From: Bacteroidales bacterium
GTDB taxonomy: Bacteria; Bacteroidota; Bacteroidia; Bacteroidales; UBA12077
DNA: 45,287 nt
Reading direction: 5' to 3'
NCBI GenBank assembly: GCA_028282585.1
Contig: JANQHR010000116.1
Location: 1 to 45,287, forward strand
Position 1 is the first letter of the stretch, and each line of letters begins with the position of its first letter. Of the stretch, positions 1 through 10,257 are shown piece after piece. The translations under genes and the position numbers were made by a program. The notes below the pieces were generated by a model, which was not told where the DNA came from, did not search any database, and saw nothing but the letters and a program-made list of their open reading frames with translations.

Positions 1-96
1 CTTTAGGTTTGAAGCAGGTATTTCCACTACTCTATGATTTGCCATCACGGCATTTCTAATTTGAGTAAGATAATCTGCTATAGGATCTGTGATCAT
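1..96 (-). CDS. rpsH: 30S ribosomal protein S8, 5' part (runs off window)
   Basis: Manual translation from ATG at 96: [32 protein letters not shown]; canonical position after rpsN. Confidence 0.97.
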   Translation of the reverse strand, partial: MITDPIADYLTQIRNAVMANHRVVEIPASNLK

Positions 97-118
97 ATCT
101 CTTCTTAATTTTAATAAT

Positions 119-388
119 CTACCAACTTGCCTTCTTAACACCAGGTATTAAACCCTTTGATGCCATTTCTCTAAAGGTAATTCTACTAATACCAAACTGT
201 CTCATGTACCCTTTTGGTCTTCCCGTAATCAAACATCTGTTATGAAGTCTAATCGGATTAGAGTTCTTTGGCAATCTGCTTAATCCAACATAATCACCTT
301 CTGCTTTAAGTTTTGCTCTTTTTTCAGCATACTTATCAACCAATTTTTGTCGCCTTTTTTCTCGGGCTTTCATTGATTCTTTAGCCAT
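119..388 (-). CDS. rpsN: 30S ribosomal protein S14 (89-aa form without zinc ribbon)
   Basis: [10 protein letters not shown]...[14 protein letters not shown]...GVKKASW; only one Cys; spc operon order. Confidence 0.98.
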   Translation of the reverse strand: MAKESMKAREKRRQKLVDKYAEKRAKLKAEGDYVGLSRLPKNSNPIRLHNRCLITGRPKGYMRQFGISRITFREMASKGLIPGVKKASW

Positions 389-394
389 AACTAT

Positions 395-952
395 CTAATT
401 CTTTTTAACGTTTTTAAATGGAATACCAAATTCGCGTAATAATGCAAATCCTTCTTCATCAGTTTGGGCAGTAGTAACAAATGTAATTTCCAAACCTAAA
501 ATCTTACTAATTTTATCAAGATCAATTTCAGGAAAAATAATTTGCTCCTCGATTCCCATAGTATAATTACCTCGTCCATCAAATTTAGAACTTACACCAT
601 TGAAGTCGCGAATTCGCGGAAGAGATATTGAAATTAACCTTTCCAAAAATTCGTACATTCTTTCTTGTCTTAATGTAACTTTTACTCCAATAGGCATACC
701 TTTTCTTAATTTGAAGTTAGATATGTCTTTTTTAGAATAAGTCTTTACTGCTTTTTGTCCAGCAATAAGAGTTAATTCTTCCTGTGCAGTATCGATTAAT
801 TTCTTATCTGCTACTGCTTGACCTACACCCTGATTTAATGTGATTTTAACCAATTTAGGAACTTGCATTACAGTTTTGTAATTAAATTCCGTTTTAAGAG
901 CAGGTATAATTTCCTCTTTATATTTCTTCTGTAAAACAGGCGTATATTCCAT
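395..952 (-). CDS. rplE: 50S ribosomal protein L5
   Basis: [32 protein letters not shown] motifs; operon order. Confidence 0.99.
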   Translation of the reverse strand: MEYTPVLQKKYKEEIIPALKTEFNYKTVMQVPKLVKITLNQGVGQAVADKKLIDTAQEELTLIAGQKAVKTYSKKDISNFKLRKGMPIGVKVTLRQERMYEFLERLISISLPRIRDFNGVSSKFDGRGNYTMGIEEQIIFPEIDLDKISKILGLEITFVTTAQTDEEGFALLREFGIPFKNVKKN

Positions 953-1275
953 TACTTAATCTCCTCTCCTGATTTTTTTGAATATCGCACTAATTTATTA
1001 TTATCATTCAATTTTCTACCAATCCTAGTAGGATTACCGGTAGAAGGATCAACCACCATCAAATTTGAAATATGAATAGGGGCTTCCTTTTTCACGATAC
1101 CACCTTGTGGATTATTAGCGTTAGGTTTAGTATGCTTTGAAACCATATTAACACCCTCAACAATAGCTTTCTCCTTATCGTAAATCACTTCAAGGACTTT
1201 TCCTTGTTGTCCTTTATACTCACCAGCATTTACGAAAACAGTATCGCCTTTCTTTATGTGTAATTTCCTTCGCAT
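952..1275 (-). CDS. rplX: 50S ribosomal protein L24
   Basis: KOW motif [18 protein letters not shown]; EAPIHISN. Confidence 0.98.
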   Translation of the reverse strand: MRRKLHIKKGDTVFVNAGEYKGQQGKVLEVIYDKEKAIVEGVNMVSKHTKPNANNPQGGIVKKEAPIHISNLMVVDPSTGNPTRIGRKLNDNNKLVRYSKKSGEEIK

Positions 1276-1293
1276 GCAGCAATAATTTTTAAA

Positions 1294-1659
1294 TTATAAT
1301 ACTTCTGGAGCTAATGAGATAATCTTCATGTAATTTTCACGTAATTCTCTTGGTATTGGGCCAAAGATACGAGTACCACGAATCTCACCTGCGTTGTTTA
1401 ACAATACAACAGCATTGTTATCGAAACGGATATAAGAACCATCCGGTCTACGAACTTCTTTTCTAGTTCTAACCACAACGGCGCGACTAACTGTTCCTTT
1501 TTTTACTTCTCCTGATGGTAAAGCGCTTTTAACAGTAACAACAATTTGATCACCAATAGAAGCGTATCTTTTTTTTGTACCGCCTAAAACACGAATACAT
1601 AGTACTTCTTTAGCTCCACTGTTATCTGCTACTGTTAGTCTACTTTCTTGTTGTATCAT
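1294..1659 (-). CDS. rplN: 50S ribosomal protein L14
   Basis: [17 protein letters not shown]...IISLAPEVL. Confidence 0.99.
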   Translation of the reverse strand: MIQQESRLTVADNSGAKEVLCIRVLGGTKKRYASIGDQIVVTVKSALPSGEVKKGTVSRAVVVRTRKEVRRPDGSYIRFDNNAVVLLNNAGEIRGTRIFGPIPRELRENYMKIISLAPEVL

Positions 1660-1661
1660 GA

Positions 1662-1922
1662 CTATTTAACTCTTTCAATGATTTCTACTAATCTCCAACT
1701 TTTGTTTTTGCTCAAAGGTCTGGTTTCCATTATCTTAACAGTATCCCCTATATTGCAAGTATTTTCTTCATCGTGAGCAGTAAATTTCTTTCTGCGCTTA
1801 ACGAATTTACCGTATTTTGGGTGTTTCACCTTACGTTCAACTGCAATTACAATGGTTTTATCCATTTTATTGCTTACAACCACACCAATACGTTCTTTTC
1901 TCAATTTTCTAGTTGTTTCCAT
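1662..1922 (-). CDS. rpsQ: 30S ribosomal protein S17
   Basis: [24 protein letters not shown]; ATG at 1922 preferred over TTG at 1928. Confidence 0.97.
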   Translation of the reverse strand: METTRKLRKERIGVVVSNKMDKTIVIAVERKVKHPKYGKFVKRRKKFTAHDEENTCNIGDTVKIMETRPLSKNKSWRLVEIIERVK

Positions 1923-1931
1923 CTTCAAAAA

Positions 1932-2138
1932 TTAACTGTTCGAATTTTCGTTTAATTCTCTTTTTCGCAACTCAGTTTTTAATCTTGCAATATTCTTGCG
2001 AGCTTCTTTAATCTTCAAAGGATTGTCTAAAGGAGACACAGCATGATTAAGCTTTAGACGAGTTAGATGAGTACTCTCAGTATCAATTCTCTCTTCCAAC
2101 TCCTTTGTTGTCATCTCTTTTATTTCAGAACTTTTCAT
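1932..2138 (-). CDS. rpmC: 50S ribosomal protein L29
   Basis: 68 aa, LDNPLKIKEARKNIARLKT; between rplP and rpsQ. Confidence 0.97.
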   Translation of the reverse strand: MKSSEIKEMTTKELEERIDTESTHLTRLKLNHAVSPLDNPLKIKEARKNIARLKTELRKRELNENSNS

Positions 2139-2147
2139 TTCGCACTA

Positions 2148-2576
2148 CTAATTTGTTTTTTCAACATAATCTCGTCTAACAACGAATTTTACTGGTATAG
2201 GTAGTTTCTGCGCAGCAAGACGCAATGCTTCCTGAGCAACTGCCATAGGTACACCTTCAGCTTCGATAATTATTCTACCTGGTTTGATAGGTGCAACGAA
2301 TCCTTCTGGTGCTCCTCTACCTTTACCCATACGTACTTCAGCAGGCTTTTTAGTAATTGGCTTATCCGGAAATACTCTGATCCAGATTTGCCCCTCACGC
2401 TTCATATATCTTGTCACAGCTTGTCGAGCTGCTTCAAGTTGTCGTCCCGTCATCCAGCACTCATCAAGAGCTTTGATTCCGAATGATCCAAAAGCCAGTT
2501 GATTCCCTCTTTGGGCATTTCCTTTCATCTTGCCCTTTTGGACTCTTCTGTATTTAGTTTTCTTTGGCTGTAACAT
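2148..2576 (-). CDS. rplP: 50S ribosomal protein L16
   Basis: [10 protein letters not shown]; [22 protein letters not shown]. Confidence 0.99.
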   Translation of the reverse strand: MLQPKKTKYRRVQKGKMKGNAQRGNQLAFGSFGIKALDECWMTGRQLEAARQAVTRYMKREGQIWIRVFPDKPITKKPAEVRMGKGRGAPEGFVAPIKPGRIIIEAEGVPMAVAQEALRLAAQKLPIPVKFVVRRDYVEKTN

Positions 2577-2601
2577 CCTTACTAATCTTTAAATTATCGC
2601 C

Positions 2602-3312
2602 TTATTTTCTTTTTCTCTTGTTGAAGCCACCTTTTCCTGCTGGTTTTTGGCTTTTTCCGGCGTTGAAATTTGGAGTAAGATCACGTTTACCATAAACCTC
2701 GCCTTTACAAATCCAAACTTTAATACCAATTAAACCAACTTTGGTTAATGCTTCACACAGTGCATAATCAATATCGGCACGGAACGTATGTAACGGAGTA
2801 CGTCCCTCTTTGTACACTTCTGTACGAGCCATTTCAGCGCCACCCAAACGTCCAGATATTTGAACTTTAATACCTTCTGCACCCATTCTCATTGTTGATG
2901 CAATGGCCATTTTAATCGCACGACGGTATGACACTTTACCTTCGATCTGACGAGCAATTGCGTTACCAACTATGGTAGCATCAAGTTCCGGTCTCTTAAC
3001 CTCAAAAATGTTAATCTGAACCTCTTTACGAGTAATTTTCTTTAACTCTTCTTTAAGTTTATCAACTTCTTGACCACCTTTACCAATAATGATTCCCGGA
3101 CGTGCAGTATTTACAGTAACGGTTATAAGTTTTAAAGTTCTTTCAATAACAATCTTAGAAATACTTGCCTTTGCTAATCGAGCTTCAAGATATTTTCTAA
3201 TCTTAGTATCTTCAACTAACTTTTCAGCATAATTCCTACCACCGTACCAATTAGAATCCCATCCTTTAATGATTCCTAATCGATTTCCTATCGGATTTAC
3301 TTTTTGTCCCAT
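2602..3312 (-). CDS. rpsC: 30S ribosomal protein S3
   Basis: [13 protein letters not shown]; KH domain [10 protein letters not shown]; [10 protein letters not shown]. Confidence 0.99.
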   Translation of the reverse strand: MGQKVNPIGNRLGIIKGWDSNWYGGRNYAEKLVEDTKIRKYLEARLAKASISKIVIERTLKLITVTVNTARPGIIIGKGGQEVDKLKEELKKITRKEVQINIFEVKRPELDATIVGNAIARQIEGKVSYRRAIKMAIASTMRMGAEGIKVQISGRLGGAEMARTEVYKEGRTPLHTFRADIDYALCEALTKVGLIGIKVWICKGEVYGKRDLTPNFNAGKSQKPAGKGGFNKRKRK

Positions 3313-3732
3313 CTATTGTTCTGTTTGAGTATCGTTGTTACTTAAATTATCAAGCACTAGTGTTACGTGATTTGATCTTTTTCTAATTCTGTGCGCTCTT
3401 CCTTGTGGAGCTGGTTGAATTCTCTTAAGCATTCTACCACCATCTACAAAGATCTCTTTCACGATCAATTTGCTATCTTCAATTCGAACACCTTCATTCT
3501 TTACCTGCCAATTTGCAATTGCTGATAAAAGCAACTTTTCTACTCGACCTGCGGCTTCTTTCGAACTAAATTTTAATACATCAAGAGCTTTATTTACATC
3601 CATTCCTCTAACCATGTCAGCAACTAACCTCATTTTTCTTGGTGAGGTTGGACAATTCTTCAATACAGCAAAGTATTGATTCTTTTTGCTTTCTTTTATC
3701 TGGTTCGCTCTTATTCTTTTTCGTGCACCCAT
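3313..3732 (-). CDS. rplV: 50S ribosomal protein L22
   Basis: [10 protein letters not shown]; [20 protein letters not shown]; Bacteroidota-type N-terminal extension. Confidence 0.98.
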   Translation of the reverse strand: MGARKRIRANQIKESKKNQYFAVLKNCPTSPRKMRLVADMVRGMDVNKALDVLKFSSKEAAGRVEKLLLSAIANWQVKNEGVRIEDSKLIVKEIFVDGGRMLKRIQPAPQGRAHRIRKRSNHVTLVLDNLSNNDTQTEQ

Positions 3733-3768
3733 TATAGTTTAGTATTTTAATGTATAACTATGTTTGGT

Positions 3769-4035
3769 TTATTTCTTATTACCCGCGTGACCTCTATATG
3801 TTCTGGTAGGTGCAAATTCGCCTAATTTGTGTCCAACCATATTTTCGGTTACATATACCGGGATAAATTTATTTCCATTGTGAACTGCAATTGTATGCCC
3901 AACAAAATCCGGAGATATCATTGATCTTCTAGACCAGGTCTTAATCACAGTTTTTTTACCTGATTCGTTCATTTCAAGAACTCTTTTCTCTAGTTTAAAA
4001 TCAATAAATGGGCCTTTTTTCAATGATCGACTCAT
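3769..4035 (-). CDS. rpsS: 30S ribosomal protein S19
   Basis: [10 protein letters not shown]; [13 protein letters not shown]. Confidence 0.99.
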   Translation of the reverse strand: MSRSLKKGPFIDFKLEKRVLEMNESGKKTVIKTWSRRSMISPDFVGHTIAVHNGNKFIPVYVTENMVGHKLGEFAPTRTYRGHAGNKK

Positions 4036-4046
4036 AGCAATCTATT

Positions 4047-4871
4047 TTATTTCTTACGTTTTTCAACAATATACTTATTAGAAGCTTTTTTCTTAGCTCG
4101 TGTTTTGAAACCTTTAGCAGGCATACCGTTTCTTGATCTTGGGTGACCTCCCGAAGATCTACCTTCACCACCACCCATAGGGTGATCTACTGGGTTCATA
4201 ACAACACCACGAACTCTAGGTCTTCTTCCTAACCATCTATTTCTACCTGCTTTACCTGAAACTTCCAGACTATGATCTGTATTTCCAACAGTTCCAATTG
4301 TTGCTCGGCATGTAGTTAGTACCATTCTACTTTCGCCTGATGGTAACTTTACGATTGCGTATTTTCCATCACGAGAAGTTAATTGAGCATAAGAACCTGC
4401 ACTTCTTGCTAAAGTTGCACCTCTTCCTGGTTGTAATTCGATATTGTGAATAATTGTTCCTAAAGGAATATCTGATAAGAATAGAGTATTTCCTACTTCA
4501 GGAGCTACATCTTTACCAGATTTAATTTTTTGTCCAACTTTTAATCCATTAGGAGCTATAATATATTTCTTTTCACCATCTTCATATACAACTAAAGCAA
4601 TACGAGCTGTTCTATTCGGATCGTACTCAATACTCTTAACAGTTGCTTCCATTCCATCTTTGTTGCGAAGAAAATCGACAATTCTATATCTTTTCTTATG
4701 ACCACCACCTAAATATCTCATGGTCATTCTTCCGTCGTTATTTCTTCCTCCTGATCTCTTAATAGGAGCTAACAAAGATTTTTCCGGTGTACTTTTTGTA
4801 ATTGTATCAAAAGCACCGATAATCTTATGTCTTTGTCCTGGTGTAACAGGTTTTAATTTACGTACTGCCAT
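4047..4871 (-). CDS. rplB: 50S ribosomal protein L2
   Basis: [12 protein letters not shown]; [21 protein letters not shown]. Confidence 0.99.
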   Translation of the reverse strand: MAVRKLKPVTPGQRHKIIGAFDTITKSTPEKSLLAPIKRSGGRNNDGRMTMRYLGGGHKKRYRIVDFLRNKDGMEATVKSIEYDPNRTARIALVVYEDGEKKYIIAPNGLKVGQKIKSGKDVAPEVGNTLFLSDIPLGTIIHNIELQPGRGATLARSAGSYAQLTSRDGKYAIVKLPSGESRMVLTTCRATIGTVGNTDHSLEVSGKAGRNRWLGRRPRVRGVVMNPVDHPMGGGEGRSSGGHPRSRNGMPAKGFKTRAKKKASNKYIVEKRKK

Positions 4872-4876
4872 GTCAA

Positions 4877-5167
4877 TTAAATATTGCTATAAAAATCTAT
4901 TTTTTCACCTTCTGCTAACGTAACAATTGCCTTTTTAAAAGACTTTGCTCTTCCTTCGATTATACCTGATTTAGTATAACGAGATTTCTTTTTGCCTAGA
5001 TAACGCATAGTATTCACAGACTCAACTGAAACACCATACAACTCTTCAACAGCTTTTTTAATCTGAAGCTTATTTGCCCTTGTATCCACTATAAAACCAT
5101 AACGGTTGAAATCTTCACCCTGCATGGTCATTTTTTCGGTAACTATTGGCTTCAATAAAATATCCAT
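4877..5167 (-). CDS. rplW: 50S ribosomal protein L23
   Basis: PIVTEK; [11 protein letters not shown]; FKKAIVTL. Confidence 0.98.
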   Translation of the reverse strand: MDILLKPIVTEKMTMQGEDFNRYGFIVDTRANKLQIKKAVEELYGVSVESVNTMRYLGKKKSRYTKSGIIEGRAKSFKKAIVTLAEGEKIDFYSNI

Positions 5168-5182
5168 CGTATCTATTTTTTT

Positions 5183-5812
5183 CTAAATTCTAAACATTTT
5201 GTGCAATGGTTCTATTGAATTCTCAACAAAAAGAACAACACTTGCATTCATAATATCGTAAGTTGTTAATTCAGAAACCGTAACAACTTTTGCATCTTGT
5301 AAGTTTCTAGATGCTAAATAGATGTTTTTGTTTTGTTCTGACAATACTAACAATACTTTCTTGTCAGCCACTTCTAAATTGCTTCTTAAATCAACAAACT
5401 CCTTAGTTTTTGGAACTTCGAAATTAAAGTCTTCAATAACTTTAATATTATTATCGTTTGCTTTGTATGATAAAGCTGATTTACGAGCTAATTGCTTAAC
5501 CTTTCTGTTTAATTTAAAAGAGTAATCTCTTGGTTGTGGGCCAAAGATTCTTCCTCCACCTCTAAACACTGGAGATTTAATGCTACCAGCTCTAGCTGTA
5601 CCAGTTCCTTTTTGTCTCTTAATCTTTCTTGTACTGCCAGCAATTTCGTTTCTTTCTTTTGCTTTGTGTGTACCTTGACGTTTATTAGCTAAATATTGTT
5701 TTACATCTAAATATATAGCGTGATCGTTTGGCTCAATTTTAAAAATTGCGTCATTCAAGGTAACCTTCTTGCCAGTATCTTTTCCTGTTATATTAACTAT
5801 AGATAATTCCAT
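5183..5812 (-). CDS. rplD: 50S ribosomal protein L4
   Basis: RQGTHKAK; [11 protein letters not shown]; [10 protein letters not shown]. Confidence 0.99.
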   Translation of the reverse strand: MELSIVNITGKDTGKKVTLNDAIFKIEPNDHAIYLDVKQYLANKRQGTHKAKERNEIAGSTRKIKRQKGTGTARAGSIKSPVFRGGGRIFGPQPRDYSFKLNRKVKQLARKSALSYKANDNNIKVIEDFNFEVPKTKEFVDLRSNLEVADKKVLLVLSEQNKNIYLASRNLQDAKVVTVSELTTYDIMNASVVLFVENSIEPLHKMFRI

Positions 5813-6429
5813 TACTTCTGAATAATTAAATATGAACCTTTTGCTCCAGGAACTGATCCCTTAACAACTAATAAATTATTCTCTTTTATAACCTTGATAA
5901 CTTTAAGGTTAATTACTTTAACCTTTTTATTACCGGTTTGACCAGCCATCCTCATGCCTTTAAATACTCTTGAAGGATAAGAAGATGCACCTAAAGAACC
6001 TGGTGCTCTTAGTCTGTTGTGCTGACCGTGAGTTTGTCCACCAACACCTCTAAAGCCATGTCTTTTAACAACGCCTTGAAACCCCTTACCTTTGGTGTAT
6101 CCAGCCACGTCAACCCACATATCTTCGTTGAAGATATCAATTGTTACATCTTCGCCAACCTGATAGTCTTTAGCAAAGTTTTTAAATTCATGTAAGATTC
6201 TCTTAGGCGTAACACCAGCCTTTTTAAAATGTCCGTTTAAAGGATTACTAGTATTCTTTTCCCTTTTCTCATCAAAAGCCAATTGATATGCCTTGTAACC
6301 ATCATTTTCAGGCGTTTTTACCTGAGTTACAACGCATGGTCCAGCCTCAATAACAGTGCATGGAATATTTTTTCCCTCGGCACTGAAGACGGAAGTCATT
6401 CCGATCTTTTTTCCAATTAATCCTGGCAT
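5812..6429 (-). CDS. rplC: 50S ribosomal protein L3
   Basis: [10 protein letters not shown]; [14 protein letters not shown]; VKGSVPG. Confidence 0.99.
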   Translation of the reverse strand: MPGLIGKKIGMTSVFSAEGKNIPCTVIEAGPCVVTQVKTPENDGYKAYQLAFDEKREKNTSNPLNGHFKKAGVTPKRILHEFKNFAKDYQVGEDVTIDIFNEDMWVDVAGYTKGKGFQGVVKRHGFRGVGGQTHGQHNRLRAPGSLGASSYPSRVFKGMRMAGQTGNKKVKVINLKVIKVIKENNLLVVKGSVPGAKGSYLIIQK

Positions 6430-6452
6430 GTTTCTTCGTTTTTACTTTTTAA

Positions 6453-6758
6453 TTATACTTTAATTTCAACTTCAACTCCACTTGGTAGTTCCAACTTCAT
6501 TAAAGCATCGATAGTTTTTGGTGTTGAACTATAGATGTCTAATAATCTTTTATAAGAAGAAAGTTGAAACTGTTCTCTTGATTTCTTATTAACGAAAGGA
6601 GAACGTAACACTGTAAACACTCTTTTATGTGTAGGTAGCGGAATTGGACCACTAATTACAGCTCCAGTGGATTTTACCGTCTTCACAATTTTTTCAGCAG
6701 ATTTATCTACTAAATTGTGATCATAAGATTTTAACTTAATTCTAATCTTCTGGCTCAT
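6453..6758 (-). CDS. rpsJ: 30S ribosomal protein S10
   Basis: [11 protein letters not shown]; GPIPLPT; [13 protein letters not shown]. Confidence 0.99.
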   Translation of the reverse strand: MSQKIRIKLKSYDHNLVDKSAEKIVKTVKSTGAVISGPIPLPTHKRVFTVLRSPFVNKKSREQFQLSSYKRLLDIYSSTPKTIDALMKLELPSGVEVEIKV

Positions 6759-6769
6759 CTTTATCCTAA

Positions 6770-8881
6770 TTATACAAATTCACTTTTACCTTTTGCTTTC
6801 TCAACTATTTCTTTAGCTATTCCATCAGGAACTTCCTCATAGTGAGAAAACTCCATTGTAGAAGTAGCTCTACCCGAACTAATTGTTCTTAAAACGGTTA
6901 CATAACCAAATTTTTCTGCTAATGGTACTTTTGCTTTGATAACTCTAGCACCACCTTTATTTTCCATTCCCTCAACTTTACCTCTACGTCTGTTAAAGTC
7001 AGCAATAATATCACCCATATATTCTTCAGGAGTTACTACTTCAGCAGCCATGATAGGTTCAAGTAATTTTGGTTTTGCTTTTGCACAAGCATTCTTAAAT
7101 GCCTGTTTTGCAGCTATTTCAAATGATAAAGAATCTGAATCAACCTCGTGGTACGAACCATCGATTAATGTTACTTTTAAGCTATCAACAGGATACCCTG
7201 CTATTACTCCGTTAAACATTGCTTCTTCAAATCCTTTTTGAACAGCCGGTATATATTCTTTTGGAATATTTCCACCTTTAATTTTATCAACGAACTGTAA
7301 TCCCCCTTTGTTATCTTCATCAACTGGTCCGATTTCAACCTGAATATCAGCAAATTTACCACGACCACCAGATTGTTTTTTAAATACTTCTCTATGAGAA
7401 ATAGTTTGGGTAATACTTTCCTTATAAGCAACCTGAGGAGCACCTTGATTACATTCTACTTTAAACTCACGTACTAAACGATCAAGCAAAATTTCAAGGT
7501 GTAATTCACCCATTCCACTAATCACAGTTTGTCCAGAATCTTCATCTACTTTTACAGAAAAAGTCGGATCCTCTTCTGCTAATTTATGAAGTGCCAAGTT
7601 TAATTTATCCAGATCTTTTTGTGTTTTTGGTTCAACTGCAATACCAATTACCGGATCTGGGAAATCCATAGATTCAAGAACTATCTGACGTTTTTCATCG
7701 CTTAAGGTATCACCGGTTCTTAAGTCTTTAAATCCAACTGCAGCACAAATATCTCCTGCTTCAATTACATCTTTTGGATTTTGTTTGTTGGCATGCATTT
7801 GGTATAAACGAGAAATTCTTTCTCTTTTTCCAGTTCTAACATTCATTACATATGAACCGGATTCAATTTTACCTGAATAAACTCTCATAAATGCTAAACG
7901 ACCTACAAATGGATCGGTAGCAATTTTAAATGCTAATGCTGATAATGGTTCGTTAGCATCAGGTTTGCGTTCAACTTCTTCATCGTTTTTTGGATTAATA
8001 CCAGTAACACCACCAATATCTAGTGGGCTTGGTAAAAATGCAACGATTGAATCAAGTAATCTTTGAACACCTTTATTTTTGAATGCTGATCCGCAAAGCA
8101 CAGGAGTGATTGTCATTTCAATTGTTGCTTTACGAATTACATCTAACATTTCTTCTTTTGTAATAGAATCTGGATCTTCAAAAAATCTTTCTAAAAGCGC
8201 ATCGTCATGTTCGGCTACTGCTTCAATCAATTTTCCTCTCCACTCTTCTGCTTCTCCTACTAATTCCGCAGGAATGTCTACTAATTCGTAATTAGTACCC
8301 ATTTTTTCGTCATCGTGCCAAATAACAGCTTTGTTTTCAATTAAATCAATAACTCCACGAAAATTCTCCTCTGATCCAATTGGAACCTGAATAGGTACAG
8401 GGTTTGCTCCCAGTTTTTCCTTTATTTGATTTACTACTGAAAGGAAATCTGCTCCATTACGGTCCATTTTATTTACAAAGGCCATTCTTGGAACATTATA
8501 CTTATCAGCTTGACGCCAAACTGTTTCGGATTGTGGTTCAACACCTCCAACCGCACAAAATACTGCTATTGCACCATCCAAAATTCTTAATGAACGTTCA
8601 ACCTCCACTGTAAAATCAACGTGTCCAGGAGTATCAATAATGTTAATCTTAAAATCCTGATTGTTGTATTTCCAGAACGTTGTTGTAGCAGCCGAGGTAA
8701 TTGTAATACCTCTTTCCTGTTCCTGAACCATCCAGTCCATAGTTGCAGCCCCATCGTGTACTTCCCCAATACGATGAGTAATACCAGTATAGAACAGAAT
8801 TCTTTCTGTTGTTGTGGTTTTACCGGCATCAATGTGAGCCATGATTCCGATATTCCTGGTATTTTTAAGCGCTTTACTCAT
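6770..8881 (-). CDS. fusA: Elongation factor G (canonical)
   Basis: G1 AHIDAGKTT, switch I RGITI, G3 DTPGHVDF, G4 NKMD; located in str operon. Confidence 0.99.
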   Translation of the reverse strand: MSKALKNTRNIGIMAHIDAGKTTTTERILFYTGITHRIGEVHDGAATMDWMVQEQERGITITSAATTTFWKYNNQDFKINIIDTPGHVDFTVEVERSLRILDGAIAVFCAVGGVEPQSETVWRQADKYNVPRMAFVNKMDRNGADFLSVVNQIKEKLGANPVPIQVPIGSEENFRGVIDLIENKAVIWHDDEKMGTNYELVDIPAELVGEAEEWRGKLIEAVAEHDDALLERFFEDPDSITKEEMLDVIRKATIEMTITPVLCGSAFKNKGVQRLLDSIVAFLPSPLDIGGVTGINPKNDEEVERKPDANEPLSALAFKIATDPFVGRLAFMRVYSGKIESGSYVMNVRTGKRERISRLYQMHANKQNPKDVIEAGDICAAVGFKDLRTGDTLSDEKRQIVLESMDFPDPVIGIAVEPKTQKDLDKLNLALHKLAEEDPTFSVKVDEDSGQTVISGMGELHLEILLDRLVREFKVECNQGAPQVAYKESITQTISHREVFKKQSGGRGKFADIQVEIGPVDEDNKGGLQFVDKIKGGNIPKEYIPAVQKGFEEAMFNGVIAGYPVDSLKVTLIDGSYHEVDSDSLSFEIAAKQAFKNACAKAKPKLLEPIMAAEVVTPEEYMGDIIADFNRRRGKVEGMENKGGARVIKAKVPLAEKFGYVTVLRTISSGRATSTMEFSHYEEVPDGIAKEIVEKAKGKSEFV

Positions 8882-8914
8882 TATTAATTTTTTTAACCCC
8901 TTTTCCCTATTTAT

Positions 8915-9391
8915 TTAAAATCTAAAATGCGCGAAAGCTTTGTTAGCTTCTGCCATTCTGTGCGTTTCTTCTTTTTTCTTGAATGCTCCACCCTCTTCGT
9001 TATAAGCAGCCATTATTTCTTGAGACAATTTTTCTGCCATATTCTTACCACTGCGTTGGCGAGCATACTTTATCATATTCCTAATACTGATTGCAGTCTT
9101 TCTTTTAGGATTTACTTCCATTGGCACCTGAAATGTTGCACCACCAATTCTTCTACTTTTTACCTCAACCATTGGGGTTACATTTTCTAATGCTTTCTTC
9201 CAGATTTCGATTGGAGTTTTTTCTTCTTCCTTATTTTTTGCACCTAAAATATCCATTGCATCATAAAAAACTTTATATGCTAGGTTTTTCTTACCATCAA
9301 CCATAAGATCGTTAACAAAACGAGTAACCAAAGTATCATTAAACTTTGGATCTGGTAACAATATTCGCGCTTTTGGTTTTGATTTTCTCAT
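8915..9391 (-). CDS. rpsG: 30S ribosomal protein S7
   Basis: [14 protein letters not shown]; [15 protein letters not shown]. Confidence 0.99.
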   Translation of the reverse strand: MRKSKPKARILLPDPKFNDTLVTRFVNDLMVDGKKNLAYKVFYDAMDILGAKNKEEEKTPIEIWKKALENVTPMVEVKSRRIGGATFQVPMEVNPKRKTAISIRNMIKYARQRSGKNMAEKLSQEIMAAYNEEGGAFKKKEETHRMAEANKAFAHFRF

Positions 9392-9415
9392 CTCTCTCTA
9401 ACTCTTTGTATTGGA

Positions 9416-9790
9416 TTATTTTTTTGGTCTCTTAGTTCCGTATTTTGAACGTCTTTGAGTTCTTCCTTCAACTCCTGAAGTATCTAGAGCACCTCTAATT
9501 AAGTGATATCTAACACCTGGAAGATCTTTTACCCTACCTCCTCTAATTAAAACAATCGAGTGTTCTTGTAAATTATGACCTTCTCCAGGAATGTAAGCAT
9601 TCACCTCTTTACCATTTGTCAACCTTACCCTGGCTACCTTTCTCATTGCCGAGTTTGGTTTTTTAGGTGTTGTAGTATATACACGTGTACATACACCTCT
9701 TCTTTGAGGACAAGCATCCAATGCTGGAGCTTTTTTCTTCTCCACAATTTGAGTTCTTCCTTTTCTTACTAATTGCTGTATTGTAGGCAT
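9416..9790 (-). CDS. rpsL: 30S ribosomal protein S12
   Basis: [12 protein letters not shown]; [13 protein letters not shown]; [12 protein letters not shown]. Confidence 0.99.
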   Translation of the reverse strand: MPTIQQLVRKGRTQIVEKKKAPALDACPQRRGVCTRVYTTTPKKPNSAMRKVARVRLTNGKEVNAYIPGEGHNLQEHSIVLIRGGRVKDLPGVRYHLIRGALDTSGVEGRTQRRSKYGTKRPKK

Positions 9791-9832
9791 ATAGACAACT
9801 ATTTAAATTAATTCTTTTATAAAATCGGTCTG

Positions 9833-9864
9833 CAAAGGTATTCTTTTTTTTGACAAATCCACAA
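9833..9864 (-). promoter_or_regulatory. Bacteroidota housekeeping-sigma promoter for the rpsL superoperon
   Basis: Minus strand TTG (9864-9862), 21-nt spacer, TACCTTTG (9840-9833); fits the -33/-7 consensus TTTG-N19-21-TAnnTTTG. Confidence 0.75.
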
Positions 9865-10144
9865 CAATTGTTAATTTATTTCGTTTTCTTAACATAACTT
9901 CAAAAGATTTTAATCTTCAATCAAAATACCATTCCAAAAACCTAAAATCATTGATATTTATTTATTTAACCGTCCAAAATTTAGCCGGAAAATGCCGCAA
10001 AATTATGTTCTTTTTTAGAAAATAGCAAACTAAAGTACACTTTATTCATGTTTTTTTACTATTTAGAAAGGTTTTTAATATTACGCCTATTAACTCGGGC
10101 TTAAACCATTACTGCTTTTTATATATTTATTATATTATATACTC

Positions 10145-10174
10145 TTGTGTGTTTCCAAAAAATTACTATTTTTG
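10145..10174 (+). promoter_or_regulatory. Bacteroidota housekeeping-sigma promoter for EF-G2
   Basis: TTG (10145-47), 19-nt spacer, TATTTTTG (10167-74). Confidence 0.65.
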
Positions 10175-10257
10175 ATGCCCATTTATTTATCTTGTTATAA
10201 ATGTTTTGTTTTTAAGAAATTACAAGAATATATTATTAATTAAATCATTAAATACAT

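Noticed and set aside
1-96. S8 reads LTQIRNA instead of the usual LTRIRNA
   Set aside because: A single substitution; significance cannot be judged and a sequencing error cannot be excluded.
1773-9772. Many 60-100 aa ORFs antisense or out of frame within ribosomal protein genes and fusA
   Set aside because: Shadow ORFs of conserved genes with no recognisable motifs.
9881-10020. Possible Cur (BT4338-like) site upstream of EF-G2
   Set aside because: Only isolated half-sites (AACATA at 9891, TATGTT at 10004); no full palindrome.
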